A DNA stretch of 64,000 nucleotides from Lepidodermella squamata (Eukaryota > Animalia > Gastrotricha): the NCBI GenBank assembly GCA_047495785.1, contig JBLDXI010000029.1, positions 2,604,001 to 2,668,000 of the forward strand, given 5' to 3'. Below are positions 49,593 through 62,361 of the stretch, in pieces (the first letter of the stretch is position 1; each line of letters begins with the position of its first letter). The position numbers and the translations under genes were made by a program. The notes beneath the pieces were generated by a model. That model had not been told where the DNA came from, ran no database searches, and saw only the letters and a list, made by a program, of their open reading frames with translations.

Positions 49593-50563
49593 ACCCACCG
49601 AGCGTGAAAAGCGTTAAATCTGCGAAGATTCCCGAGGTGCCACTCGTGCCTTTGTCGACCAGCCAACGCCCGCGGCTTTGCTCGACCAGCTCTTGCTCAG
49701 GGGCCAACTCCAAGACCTGCTACGTCCTCTCCGTTTGTGAATCCTGCGATTCGAAGCCAGTCTTTATCGCCTAATAGCGTGGGACTCTTTTCTCTGATGT
49801 AGGCGAAGTTCCATTCAGCTGCTTTTGAGCGCAGACTGGAACACGTCGGACGCCTGACACTCAACGGCTGGTACGCTCTTTTGGCGTTGGGTCTTCCGAT
49901 TTTTGTTGGGTCTTTTGTTTCCATGCTTTATTAGCAGCAGCAAAAATTTGCCCTTATTTATTCCGGTAGTGTTGCATTTCGTGTCGATTTTTCTGAGAGG
50001 GGGGTGGCGATTTTAGCTTTGGAATTGGAAAACCGCCCGGCGTAGGCATAATTTTGTGACGACTTGCACAAAAATTGCAATAAAGAGGAGCGGAGACGGA
50101 GGCAGCCCTGCCGTAAGCCTCTCTTCTTTGACAGTTGATTATTTTCCCTGGAACAAATGACCTTTTCAATTAACCGGCGTCTAATAAAAATGCAATCGCG
50201 GCAACCTTTACTGGGTTTGAAACCAAGCTATGAAGTTTCGAGAAATTAGAGCCAATGATATTTTCCAGTTTCCATTTTCCTACAACAATGAGTTAACCAA
50301 AACATCGGTGATTGCAATCAGATTTATCTATCGTCTTTATTTGTGTGTAACGGTGCTCCAATCGTCGACGAAGCCTGTTTCAAAATTTGACTAAGCCATT
50401 CAGCGCCAGCGTCGTTTAATTTTATTTCATCTTAATTGATTTAAATGATAACAAAACTGCTTAAAGTAGTTATAATTCTGTCATTACTTATCGTTAATTT
50501 ATTTATTTAGCGTTAGGCGGTAATATTTCGCTGGTTGGAATTGGACTTGCCGGAGATGATAAT

Positions 50564-51786
50564 TTAACTTACAGTACACGTATTAAACATGCTCATGAAA
50601 TAGGCTGAGCCCATACTGTCAACTCGCAAGTTAGGCGACGGTGATAAAAGCAAGCAGCATCCTAGGAAAGTTGAAGCCCCGTATGTTCCGTCTCTGGTTT
50701 GCTGAATACAAAAACGGAAAATTGCAGTATAACACGGCGAAACATGTGAATAATTACCAAAGTGTTCGTAACGGCAACGTTTCCGTTTGGCGAAGTATAT
50801 GGGAAGCGGAAACAAGTTGGGTATAATGATCCATCATTCGATGGAGCTGATATCTTGTAAGGTGCATCAGCTCCGAGCTTTTGAATACACGCCAAAGTAG
50901 GTGGGTTGCTGGGATTAACGCTTGGAATCGTTTCGTATATAACGTCACCGCCCGAGTTCGCGGCATTACAGCAATCCGAAAATGATGAAAACGTATTTGG
51001 CAATGCAGTAGAATCCTGAAAAATACACAGGTGGGAGAGCAAAGTAAATTTGTCGCTTCTTACCACTGAAGTATATGTAAAGACGGAGTTGCATGCCGCG
51101 CCATTCGATGTGCAGAATAGCACGTTACTTTTCGAGATCGTGCTGGCATCGCCTTGTGTCTGCGTGATCATGCATAGCTTGTAGCTGACGGTCTGGATTA
51201 TATAACAATTCAAAGTTAGGCGAAATATTATGCTGCTTTTGTAACTTATGCAACTTACTGGACTACTCGAGCAAGATTGCCCACTGGGGCATTGAGTTGC
51301 TGTTTTGAGAATGCAGTTTTTTGAAGAAGTGTCGCAAATATTGGCGGTCGGCGTACAAGACTGACCGGTTGGACATGAGGACCCACTTTTAGGCACGCAC
51401 ATGCTTGTTGACGTATCGCATACGTTGGCTGATGCCACACAGGAAGACCCAGAGCTACACGGATTGCTTGTCGATAAGCAAGACTGGCCAGTAGGACAAG
51501 TCGAAGAGCTGCATGGACTGCTTGGCGCTAAACACGACTGGCCACTTGGGCACGGATTGCTTGTTGATAAACACGACTGGCCAGTGGGGCAAGACGACGA
51601 GCTACACGGGCTGCTGGTCGTCGTGCTAGTAGTTGATAAACACGACTGGCCACTTGGGCATGGATTGCTCGTCGATAGACAGGAGAGCCCAGTTGGGCAA
51701 GCCGGGCTTAGTGTTGAGGTCGACGCAGGGCAAGCTGCACCAACAGCGCAAAAAGTCGCCAGAATAGCAGCAATGAACAATTCCAT
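50564..51786 (-). CDS. Secreted Cys-rich family gene B4 (~349 aa); exons 51786-51259, 51192-51064, 51015-50758, 50701-50573 (+ stop)
   Basis: Family structure. The 384-aa track ORF is this gene read through two stop-free 3n introns and into intron 3. Confidence 0.9.
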
Positions 51787-51889
51787 GTGGTTTTGAAGTG
51801 AAGCAAAGTTTTGCAATGTGACTCAGAAAATATGTCCTCGAAGGCTTGAATGATCTCCAAGAAGCTCGAGGTTTGAAATGGCAGATTTC

Positions 51890-52030
51890 GTATGCTTATA
51901 TACGCTCAGGTTTGAAATTTGGCACCAGGCCCATCAGTAACAAAACGTTATGGGCCACGATAATTGCCACCTACCTTGCCCAGGTGCCACATACTTTGCC
52001 CACGTGCGGCATGTACGGGTAGCTTCATTG
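51890..52030 (-). promoter_or_regulatory. B-gene core promoter: TATA box plus an E-box pair (CACGTG and CACCTG)
   Basis: Minus-strand GCGTATATAAGC lies ~110 bp above the ATG. The block CCCAGGTGCCACATACTTTGCCCACGTGCGGCATG is conserved 195-230 bp above all five B genes (CACGTG at 35321, 42250, 45239, 52001, 57739). Confidence 0.65.
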
Positions 52031-52559
52031 TTCCAAGCAACAAGAAAATTGGGCCCTCTACTTCACGATGATGGGGCTCAACGCCTACAAAATTCATTGC
52101 GCTTTTAACTGCGTAATTAATTGTTGTTTATAAAAATGGAGAGTTTATTTTGATTGTTGATATCTCAAGAACAAAAGATTCAAGATGAGGCAAAGATAAT
52201 TGAAAAGGGTTATTTGGACACATGGGTAAAACTGGGTGAGCATTTTTTGTAAATCATGTGACTGAGATTTACGTGCACACTTTTCAATGGGTCATCAAGC
52301 ACCCACAGTGGACCATGCACCGTGCACGCATCAACTGAACTTGAATGAAATTGAAGACTAAAATAACTAAACCTTCAAGGTCATATCTGCAAGGACACAC
52401 ATTTGGAAGCAGCAATTTTGAATTTATTTACACGGATTGAATCATATACAATTATTCATGGAGGAAAGAGTTTTTGAAAACTGGCACCAGGCTCATTATT
52501 ATTAAAACAAATATAGGTTGCGCTAATTGCTTGGTTACACATGATCGAATTTCGTCTTC

Positions 52560-54250
52560 TGGAAAGGTCAGAAAAAAACCATTCGGAGCATGGTTGTTAT
52601 CTTCGGCCGTTCAAGGCCGGCGGTAGCCGTCGAATGCGAGATCGAAATCACCCAGCCAGTGAGCTTAAAGCCGAGCGCTGATTCCATCGTGCAAAGCAAC
52701 CGCCATCAAAGCCTGGAGTCGCATGGTCTCGCTTTCCTTCAGTCCCACGACCTCGCTAGTGAATCTACAAGTGGCATTAGTCTGAGCATTATCGATGCCC
52801 AACCCTCACTTGACCGCGATATAAAAAGCTCTACCGCTTCGGAAAACAATCCACCTGGTGCACGAGGTTTATAAGCGGAAATAACGGTAAAGCCCACTGG
52901 AATATCCCGCTGGAGAATGGAAATGACATGAATGGCGAGACATGCTGGGCAACTGGCGATCTTGAAAAAGTGGACTATTTCTTGTCAAAGATGGTTGCCA
53001 CCGAAGATAGAAGATTGGAAAGTAAAAAATCCGGAACTGCGGAACATTTTTACGTCCGTTCGGTTGACGAAAAAGAAATAGCGAGGAGGCTCAAGGCGCT
53101 ACAGCTTGGAAAGGCGCCGGGACCAAGCGGCATAGAGTCGATACCGGTACTGGTAACTAGCCAATAGGATAGCCAGTCGCTACTGATCCTGTGGAACACG
53201 ATGGCAATGAAGCAAACTGGCCTCGAGTGTTCAAAGTTGTCAACGTTTGTTCACTGGAAAAGCTTCAAGTCCAACTAAGAAAATTTTTAGAAAAGTGGCA
53301 ATAGCGAACGGCTTCATGCTACCTGATCAGGCGGCATTGATGGGGGTATGCGGAATGTCGGATACGCAATTCAAAGCTTTCATCTACATCTTGGCGCCAT
53401 TCAACGACAGAAAAGATTTCATCCCGAGGTACACCGACGTCAGTGGCGCATGCAATTGCTGGGCATGCTTTGGCCATTCGGTACTCGAGGGGAAGTTCCT
53501 TCTGAACCACAATCTCGAAGATCGTTTATTCCGTGTGGTAGTTGCAGGGGCAACCTCAATCTTATATGAGCCGAAGAAGCAGGAATCCGCCAGGGTAGAT
53601 TTCTCGGCCCGTCATCATGGATTGCATTCTCTTCTCCGTGAAACAGACAGGGAGCGAACCCAGCCACTCTCCTCGTCAGACGCACGCGTTAGCGGATAGT
53701 TTCAAGATCAGACGCGCCGTGCTGCAAGATGTGGAAAAAGGAGAAGAGCGAGCAACCTGGTGGTCAAAGGCTCTCAGAGTCTCCGCGAAGCTAGGACACG
53801 AAGAAAAGGATTGATACACGGTTATCCTATCCCTGTTTTCGATGGGCAGCCTAAGCTGAACGAAAGGGATCTCAACAAGTCGGGGATGGCCAGACGTCGC
53901 TACTGGGCCTGAAACTGGATTCGGCAATGTCGATGTCAACGAAATGGTGGGGTTCGCTAACGCTTCCACAGCGCCTTCTGCAGAGCGACCTGCGTCGACC
54001 TGGAACCACTAAAAAACGTCGAGCTGTTGGCACCGTCACTCACCTATGCAAGGTCATTGTGGCACGCCGTGGCACACCCAAGTTGCGCTCGACGTTCGAA
54101 ATCCTCGTGTCAAGGAAAGATACGCGAACGCTTCGTGATTCGCTTGCTTGACACCGAAACCAGTAAACGCCGTGGCAATTCGACGAAAACCAGGTAGCGA
54201 GAGATCGGGCCACTACATTGAATTAATGATATCATCATAGACTGGAATAA
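52560..54250 (+). pseudogene. Decayed non-LTR (LINE) ORF2/RT relic
   Basis: EIARRLKALQLGKAPGPSGI, LEDRLFRVVVAG and GIRQG-like fragments, with many frameshifts. Confidence 0.7.
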
Positions 54251-55052
54251 TCTACCCGCCAAATGATAACCCGAAAAAACTGATATCGACGTTTTTTTAA
54301 AACTCCCTCAAGACCTTTAGACTTAAGCTAAAGATTTTCGGTAAATAAAAAGTACAGGGTTCTGGCGAGATCAGGCGTTAAGAGCTAACGGCGTGAAACG
54401 GCTTATGGTCGAGAGCCTTGAGCGGCTGTAATAGACGTTTCATCTCTCGAGCCAGCTTGCGTCGGCTTAATCTGAAGTCGTCAGAGCAGGGTAGATCAAT
54501 GTTAAGTGTGAATGTGGGCAGTCTTCAGGGCCGTGTCGTCGTGTGGTGCAGGTGATACCCATGCGGATTCCACGGCAACGGTCGTAAAGCTTGCGCTGAC
54601 TCAAAAGACCGATGGTACGAGCAACTCTCAAATTATTTTCGCTAAGTATATTTGTTGTACTGTAGCTTAATGAATTGTTGCGAAGTATGCAACGGCCGGA
54701 ATAGACATCGCATCTCTGCGTCATTGTTTTGTTTTCACTCGCCCGTTCATACATTTTGAGCTGTCAACAATGAGATTTATGCTCAGTAAATAAACAAAAT
54801 ATTAATAATTAGAATAACGAAAATTTCTAGGTTATGCGAAAATAAGGGTTTTTATGGTCGAAGAGGAAAAACTGGGTTACCATTTTTTCTAAGCAATGCG
54901 CTCTAAATTAGTATTTACACTTTTCACTGGGACACCGCCCGCGTGTGTCATCCAAATATTTTCAACACAAACAACTTGTTATTTGAATCTTGTAAAACCG
55001 CAAATCCGCAAATGTAAAAGACCTCGCACTACCAAGGGCGCTTTGAGTCATC

Positions 55053-55332
55053 GAGGGTTATTTTCGAAGCTGTCTTTATTGTAAAGTCGACTCTATTGAT
55101 AAAGCTGGCACTATCTGGCAAAAAACTAGGCGCCAGTTTCAAATTGCTCATCATTAGCCATGACCTACTTTTTACCAGCTTATTTTATTTAGTGAATAAG
55201 CCGAATTTAGTGAAATAAAGTTGACATGATGTTCGAAAATCATACCGGTCATAAAGTCGGCTTTATTTCCGGGCGATAAAGTCGACATTATGGGATGAAG
55301 TTAACTTAGAAGTTGCCTCGAAAATAACCCTC
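55053..55332. mobile_element. MITE (GAGGGTTATTTTCGA TIR), same family as 34199-34572
   Basis: GAGGGTTATTTTCGA / TCGAAAATAACCCTC. Confidence 0.8.
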
Positions 55333-56319
55333 ATTCTGCTTCCGTATTTCAGGATCAAAGTCCACATGGTCACGTGGCATGAGTTATTAGTTCTGTCGTT
55401 TCGTCGTTTTGTCAATTCGTCATCTTATAGAAAAAACTGACGAAAGAAAAAAAACGGGGTAAAAGGAAGATTCCAACCCGGGATCTTCAGGGGTGCAGTG
55501 CCCATGCACTGGAGCCACTATACAATAGGAGCCTTCCTATCTGAGGCTGTCTAAAGACGCTTATGTGTAGCATTTGTTTAGCATATAGAAATGCCGAAAG
55601 AGGCTATTGAATGATTCCTGAGTTTTAGGCAGGTTTCCTTGGCTCGAACTTCCCTCCGCGCTACAACTTTGCGGAAGTTTACTTCATATATGGCTAGACC
55701 TACAAAGAAGCCATCTGGAAGGGCCGTGGAAGACAGAGCTAGGAAGCTGCGGTTAGACGGCCTGGCCCTCAATCAAGTTGCCCAGGTCATGGAGCTTAAC
55801 TTGCAGTTACGCTCGAAAAATGTTGGCATGGCTTAGTCGTCTCACCTCCTTCTATCCTTCCATCTATCCCCACACCTGTCTTCATTCGATGAGCCTGAGA
55901 TATCTGCTGACAGCCAGCTCTCTTCCCCGGCCCCGCCGTCAGGTGGTGCGTTGCACCAGCCCTGGCTTCGAGCCGGAGTCAGAGTTAAATCAGATTGAAC
56001 TAGCCATCCGAAATCACTGGTCAGATGGTGGTTTATTTCGCCGTACACTTCTTGTAGAGTTATTGACAAGTGAATAAACTGGCCACGCGACCAAGAATAA
56101 TGCACAAAGTCTTGATGAATTCCATATGAATCCTTTCGGAAAAATTCTTGGTAAATAAATGTACTAGGTACTGTGCCAGATCTCTCTTGTTTATTCATCT
56201 ATGGTTCAAGCAGGGCGAATCATGATATTATTTTTTTGCATTTCTTTTAAATTATGATTATAAAAACGCTCCAGTTATTTATCAAATTGCTGGGAATTAT
56301 ACTTGGGGACGACGAAGTT

Positions 56320-57525
56320 TCAACTTTTATTGCAAACATCAATACTCGAAATGCCATAGGCGGAGCCAGAGCTGCTAATCTGCAGGCTAGTAATCGGTGA
56401 TAAAAGCAAGCAGCATTCCAGAAAACTTGAAGCCTCGTATGTACCGTCTCTGGTAGCCTGGATACAAAAGCGGAGAATTGGAAACAAACAGGACAACGAA
56501 TAAGAAAATACCAAGTTGTTTGTAACGCCACCCCAAAGAAACGACGGAGCGGAATAAGGAAAGCGGAAGCAGCCAGCCGTTCCTGATCCACTGGGGAACC
56601 CCAAGGATGCTATCTTGTAAGGTGCATCAGTTCCGACTTTTTGAATACACGCCGTAACAGGTGGATTGCCGGGGACAATTTCGTATATAACATCAGCGCC
56701 CGTTTTCACAGCATTACAGCAGTCTGAAAATGTTGAAAACGTATTTGGCGAGGCAGTAGAATCCTACAAAACACACAGGTAGAGGATAGAAGTTAACTTG
56801 TCATTTCTTACCTGTGTAAAAAATAACAGGACTGAGTTGCATGTCCCACCATTCGATGTGCAGAATGGGACGTTACTTTGCGTGATCGAACCAAAAGAGC
56901 CTTGTGTCTGCGTGATCAGGCATAGCTTGTAGACAGTCTGGATTGTATAACAATTCAAAGTTGAGCAAAATTTTACTCCATTGTTGAACGTTATGCAACT
57001 TACTGGACCACTCGAGCAAGATTGCCCACTAGGGCACTGAGTTCCTGTTTTCAAAATACAATTTTGCGAAGAAGTGTCGCAAATTTTGGAGGTCGGCGTA
57101 CAGGACTGGCCGCTTGGACACCCAGTTTTAGGTACGCACATGTTAGTTGATGTATCGCATACATTGGCAGATGCCACACAGGAAGAACCAGTGCTACACG
57201 GATTGCTTGTCGATAAACACGACTGGCCAGTAGGACAAGACGAAGAGCTGCAGGGACTGCTTGGCGCTAAACACGACTGGCCACTTGGGCACGGATTGCT
57301 TGTTGATAGACAGGACTGGCCAGTAGGGCAAGACGGCGAGCTACATAGAGTGATGGTCAATGAACTGCTTGTTGATGAACAGGACTGGCCACTAGGGCAC
57401 GTTCTGTTCGCCGATAGACAGGCCTGGCCAGTAGGGCAAGTCGAACTTAGGGTTGATGTTGGCGCAGGGCAAGCTGCTACAACGGCACAAACAGCCGCCA
57501 GAATGGCAAGAATAAACAATTCCAT
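56320..57525 (-). CDS. Secreted Cys-rich family gene B5 (~345 aa); exons 57525-57004, 56937-56812, 56763-56512, 56457-56320
   Basis: Family structure with an open spliced frame; the terminal donor GTAAGT is replaced by AAAAGT. Confidence 0.9.
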
Positions 57526-58979
57526 GTAGTGTCGAAGCGAATCAAAAGTTTCACAATATGACTTATCAAAATTTCCTCAATGGCTGGAATGATCTCCAAG
57601 AAGCTCGAGGTTTGAAATGGCAGATTCGTATGCTTATATACGCTCAGGTTTGAAATTTGGCACCAGGCCCATCAGTAATAAAAAGTTGTGGGCCACGATA
57701 ATTGCCACCTACACTGCCCAGGTGCCACATACTTTGCCCACGTGCGGCATGTACGGGTAGCTTCATTGTTCGTACACTCGGGGTAAGGCAACAAGATAAC
57801 TTGGTCCTCAGCTTCACAATGATGATGCTCAACGCCCACAATTTACATAGCGCTTTCAACTGCGTAATTAATTTTTTTTAACAAAATTAGAGGGTTCATT
57901 TTGAATCACACCTCAAGAACAAAAGATTCAAGATGAGGCAAAGATAATTGAAAAAGGTTATTTGGACACAGGGGTAAAACTGGGTGAGCATTTTTTGTAA
58001 GTCATGTGACGGAGTTTTACGTGCACACATTTCAATGGGTCATCAAAAGTACCCACAGTGGGCCATGCACACAATATAATACTATTGAAATTGAAAAGTA
58101 AAATAACTCAAACAATTTTTCGTTTATAGTCTTGTAAATCTGTTGGGACCTAAAATTCAATGCGACGATTCGAAATTGCTTTTCCAGATTTGAATAGGAT
58201 AAAAATTATTGGAGGAATGGTGTTTGGCGCAAATGAATATAGGTCACGCTAATTGCCCGAGTGCGCCCACCTACTTTGCTCACGTGCGCCATTCTTTGTC
58301 CACGTGCTACATGACCGGGTAGCCTGATTTTTCGTACATGCGACACCAGGTAACAAGCAAATAAAGTGGGCCTCCAACACGCCTTAAACATCGCGACGGT
58401 GGTTCTCAACGCCCACAGTATTCATTGTATATTTTATCTGATTAATACATTTTGTGCGTGCTGGTTGTTAGACCACATTTGCAAGCTTCGGCCGTTCGTG
58501 GTCAGCTGTGGAGCTGTGGAGCGCGAGCTGCTTCGGGTGATTGGCAAACGAGTGAGGTGAAAACCTGAAGTGCTTAGAATTTTGATTCCAAACGGTCTCC
58601 CGAATCTTGCGCAAAAATATCTCGAGAGATAACGGCAACAGATGGCTTACCCGGCCTATGGACATCGATAACGACCGCCTCTTTTGAACGGCGAAAGCTA
58701 AACGGCTGTAGACGGTCGATCTCCCGAGCCAGCGTACGTTGGCTTACGTCATGGCCGGGCAGATGAATCTTGCAAGCCGTGCTTTGCAGGTTGCCATTGG
58801 GATCTCACAAGCTCGAAGCTCGAGTCAACACTGGGCTGGGACGATGGCGGCCTGGTTGGTAAGCCAGACAGGATAACAGCCACAGCATTCTTTGAAATCC
58901 TCGGCGACTGGCAGGCAGGTGGGTCCGAAGTCGGGAGGATGCAGCAAACTTATTCGTGCTCGACGACAAACTTCGAGCG

Positions 58980-59320
58980 CGAGATGCACCCACGGCAACT
59001 CCACCGCTTAGCAAATCGGCGTCATCATGGTGAGACCGCGCGGAGTCGCCATGTGATGCAGTTGATACCCATGCAGACTCCAGTGGTCAGCGTCTCAAAA
59101 GCTTGCACTAGCACAAAAGACTATTAGTGTACGAGCAGCTCTCAAGTTGTTGATTATTTTTGCTACATTTTTGTATTGTATTAGCTTAATTAATTGTTGC
59201 GAGGTATTAAACGGTCTGAATAGACATCGCATTTCTGCCTCATTGTTTTGCTTTCCCTCGCCTTTTTACACACTTCGAACTCTTAACAAGGAGATTTATG
59301 CTCAGAAGTAAACAAAACAA
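58980..59320. repeat. Duplicated segment upstream of B genes; copies at ~46960-47330 and ~54540-54830
   Basis: Shared GTCGCCATGTGATGCA..ACCCAT..GTCAGCGTCTCAAAA..GAATAGAC..TCTGCCTCATTGTTTTG. Confidence 0.75.
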
Positions 59321-59510
59321 TCAGCATATTTTCAGGGTCGGGCCACCCTTTTCCTCACAGTCAGAAGCTACGGCTAAGATAAGGCAAAGGCAAACTTCGT
59401 CACCGGTCAAGAGTCTCAGGTCCTGGGCTCATTATCCTCATATCCGACTCTGATGTCCCGAGCTATAATCTGAGAAATCAGGGAGATGGAGAAGTTGGCG
59501 GCGAGATCTC

Positions 59511-60190
59511 ATCCATCAAAATTCGAACCTTTTACCTACCCGCCTATATTTGCCCAAGCAGTCAGATATGCGCACCAATCAGTAACCCGTGCTTAGAAGC
59601 ATCAAAATCTTGTCAGGTAACGCCAACTGTGAGTCAGATTTTGAGATAGACAAGTCCCAGATGTTTAGCACTTGGGTTTTGGATGAAAATTTCTGCTCAG
59701 TGAATATCCAAAATATATTGCATTAATCATCCAACATTCATATTATCTCTTCAAATCCCATGTTTGATATGATGTTTTATATATATATGTTATATATGAT
59801 ATCCTTCCTGGCAAGGACGCCAGCAGCAACCCGACTCAAGCGTGTTTCCTAGGCCAATCTTCAACGCCATAAATTGTTGGTACTACGACTGCCGCGGATA
59901 AGTTCGGCTACTGCGTCCGCTTCCAGCACACTGCCGTCTCCACTCCTGACGTCATTGCAACCAACCTCGTAAGTTCAAGATTCTTATCGCCAGTTGGCTT
60001 TGGCTTGATTGAGAATACTGTTATTTGCAACAGCCTGTCGCTGCGTCACCAGCAACGTATTCGTACTTCACATTTGCATCCTGCTGCATCAACATCCAGA
60101 CAGGTGCCAGCGCCGCTGTGCCACAAACTTCTTTCACCAGGACCACGTTGTACGGTCTCGCTTTGGAAACTTGCAAGGGTGGAAAGCCCA
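59511..60190 (+). pseudogene. Family pseudogene A6 (A5-like exon 1 without signal peptide and with a 4-bp deletion; exon 2 missing; remnants of exons 3-4)
   Basis: 59511-59762 aligns with 31047-31302; later YCVRFQHTA and SHLHPAA/TLYGLALETC remnants; upstream 59370-59470 matches 30520-30640. Confidence 0.8.
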
Positions 60191-60645
60191 ATTCATAACA
60201 AGGAGCCTCGCTTGCAAATTCAGATGTATGTGAACAAAAGGGGTGTGAGACTCTTGATTATGCCTAGGCTTAACCTTCCTATATTTGCTTGCCCAAGCAT
60301 TCAGATTTGCGTCAGATTTAGATCGTTGATCGCTCAACGACTATTTTATTGCGTTCACTTCCACTTTTCACCACTTCCAAGGCTACTTCACGCCGGCCTA
60401 GGTAATTAAGAAGTAAACTGCATAATAAAAACTTGTGCAACTTGACCATAGTGTTGATAAACCTTTCCGGTCTGCTCAAACACCTTATAGGCATAATTTT
60501 TTTCAAACGAAGGAAAATGGCAGCGACTGCCACGTCATAAGAAAATTTTCTTATATACAGTGGGGAGCTTTCTGGCTGCTTTAACTTATTCAAATGTGGA
60601 TGAATGAAGATGGCTTATTTACATATTAGCGCAAATCATATTTTG

Positions 60646-61755
60646 ATGAATAATTATACCATTCTAAAATCGGCTCTGCTCCCTTTAATAAAGAGGTTGA
60701 CGCCTCTTCTGATTTTTTTATCGCCACTATTTCTTGGACTAACTAGTGCTTGTGTGTCAACCGCTTCAGAAACCAATGGAGGCCCGAAGTTTGTACCGTT
60801 CACAACTCCGCCAGTCACTCCAGCTTGCCAATGCGTGCCGGCAGCAAATATTTGCGACGTTTCTACGAAAAGCTGTCTGCCAGGCAGTAATCCATGCCCA
60901 ACAAGTCAGACTTGCCAAACTCAAGTAAGCCCGCCCGGTTTCTATGCTTTTGTACCCGCGTTTACTGTTTTTGTAACATCATACACGCATAGCATATATT
61001 TGTACTCTCTCTAAAATTAAAAAATTTTTTACGCGCGTGGCGAATCGAAGAGAAATAAGTAGTGAAATTGTAATAATCCTGCATCATCCATTAATTTTAC
61101 ACCTTAGTATTGAACCTATTTGTCTTACAGCCAAGTTATAACTTGTGTCAAATTACCACCATCGGCGGCAGCGGCGTCACTATGGTACACAAATTTTGCC
61201 TGGACAATGCCGGGGCTTGCAGCCTGTTGACCGGCGCCACTGTGAGAGAAATGACAAATTATTTTCGTGATATGAACGGCTGAGTTACATTTTCAGCGAG
61301 CTCCAGGGCCCAACACATTTTCATCTTTCGCAGAGTGCTGCCAAGCGACAACAAACTATACGGTATTGACAAAGTACGAACATGTGGCTTTCGCCGCGCC
61401 ATCGAAAACTTACGCGACAATATGCATTGCTAGCGGAAGGGCAACGCCTTACGTTGTCTCATGGTCTTATTCTTTTTCTAATATCGGTAACTGCGTGCGC
61501 TTCCCCAACACAGCTATATTCTATAATGATGTACTCGTCACTAGCGAATTGGTAAGGTGGAAGCCCTTCTCCCAACCAGTTTTAATCGAAGGATAAACGT
61601 ATATACAGGTCACTAAACCACCGCAAACATATGAATATGCAACCTACGCTGCTTGCTGTCAAGGCATCGGCGCTGCCCCAGGAGCAGCTATTACGCCGTC
61701 GACGGTTACACTTTACGGGCTCATTCTCGAGAAATGCACTGCGTCGAACGTATGA
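60646..61755 (+). CDS. Secreted Cys-rich family gene A7 (start codon uncertain); exons ..60924, 61131-61241, 61297-61551, 61609-61755
   Basis: Open spliced frame with FSSFAECC, TKYE, CVRFPNTA, YAACC and LYGLILEKC. The signal-like KRLTPLLIFLSPLFLGLTSA is preceded by ATA rather than ATG. Confidence 0.8.
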
Positions 61756-62216
61756 ATTGATAGCAATGACTAAATAATAATTGGCTAGAAATAAATTATA
61801 TCAATTACTCGATGCCTTAGAGAACTCGCTCGATGCGCAAATAAATATAGGAAGGTGGAGCTAACGTAATAAAGTGACAATTACTGGCAATTTTTCTCGA
61901 ATTTGGCTTTTAAAAGCTTTCAATGATTTTATATCGATTGTTTGATGCTAAGATGCCCGTGTGGTTTAGGTTATCCGGAAAACATCAGCGCGTGGAAGTG
62001 CCATCAAATCTAGCAATTGAAATCCTGAATTTAAGCAATTTAAGATCGCCTAATGTACCCCTCGAATATTTCATTGTCTTCTTCACTTGCATTTTTCACC
62101 ACTTTGCAGCCTCCAGCCTACGTCGCGCCGGACTAGGTAATTAAGAAGTGAAAAAATTGAGTAAAAAACTTGAAACTTGAACATTATGTTGAACGTTATG
62201 TGCTCAAGCACCTCAT

Positions 62217-62361
62217 TTGCTCATAAATGAGATATTGTTCCTGTCACTAGCCTCGCAAGTGTTGTTCATTGTTGTTCATTGTTGTCTAGGCCCTGAAGAT
62301 GGTTTAAATAAAACCGAAACTAGTTGGCAGTCGCGCAAGGCGTCCGGTTAATTCAATCAGA
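62217..62361 (+). mobile_element. 145-bp retroposed insertion (Penelope pLTR or retrozyme-like) with an 11-bp TSD
   Basis: AAGCACCTCAT at 62206-62216 and 62362-62372; the paralogous empty site is at ~60474-60495. Confidence 0.8.
62290..62328 (+). ncRNA. Minimal type I hammerhead ribozyme (Penelope-type)
   Basis: GCC-CTGAAGA-T-GGTTT..AAACC-GAAA-CTAG-TT-GGC: intact core, stem II, palindromic ACTAGT helix III and a 3-bp stem I. Confidence 0.75.

Noticed and set aside
50662-51816. Single-exon 384-aa protein
   Set aside because: Paralog comparison shows it reads through introns and ends out of frame; the spliced B4 model fits better.
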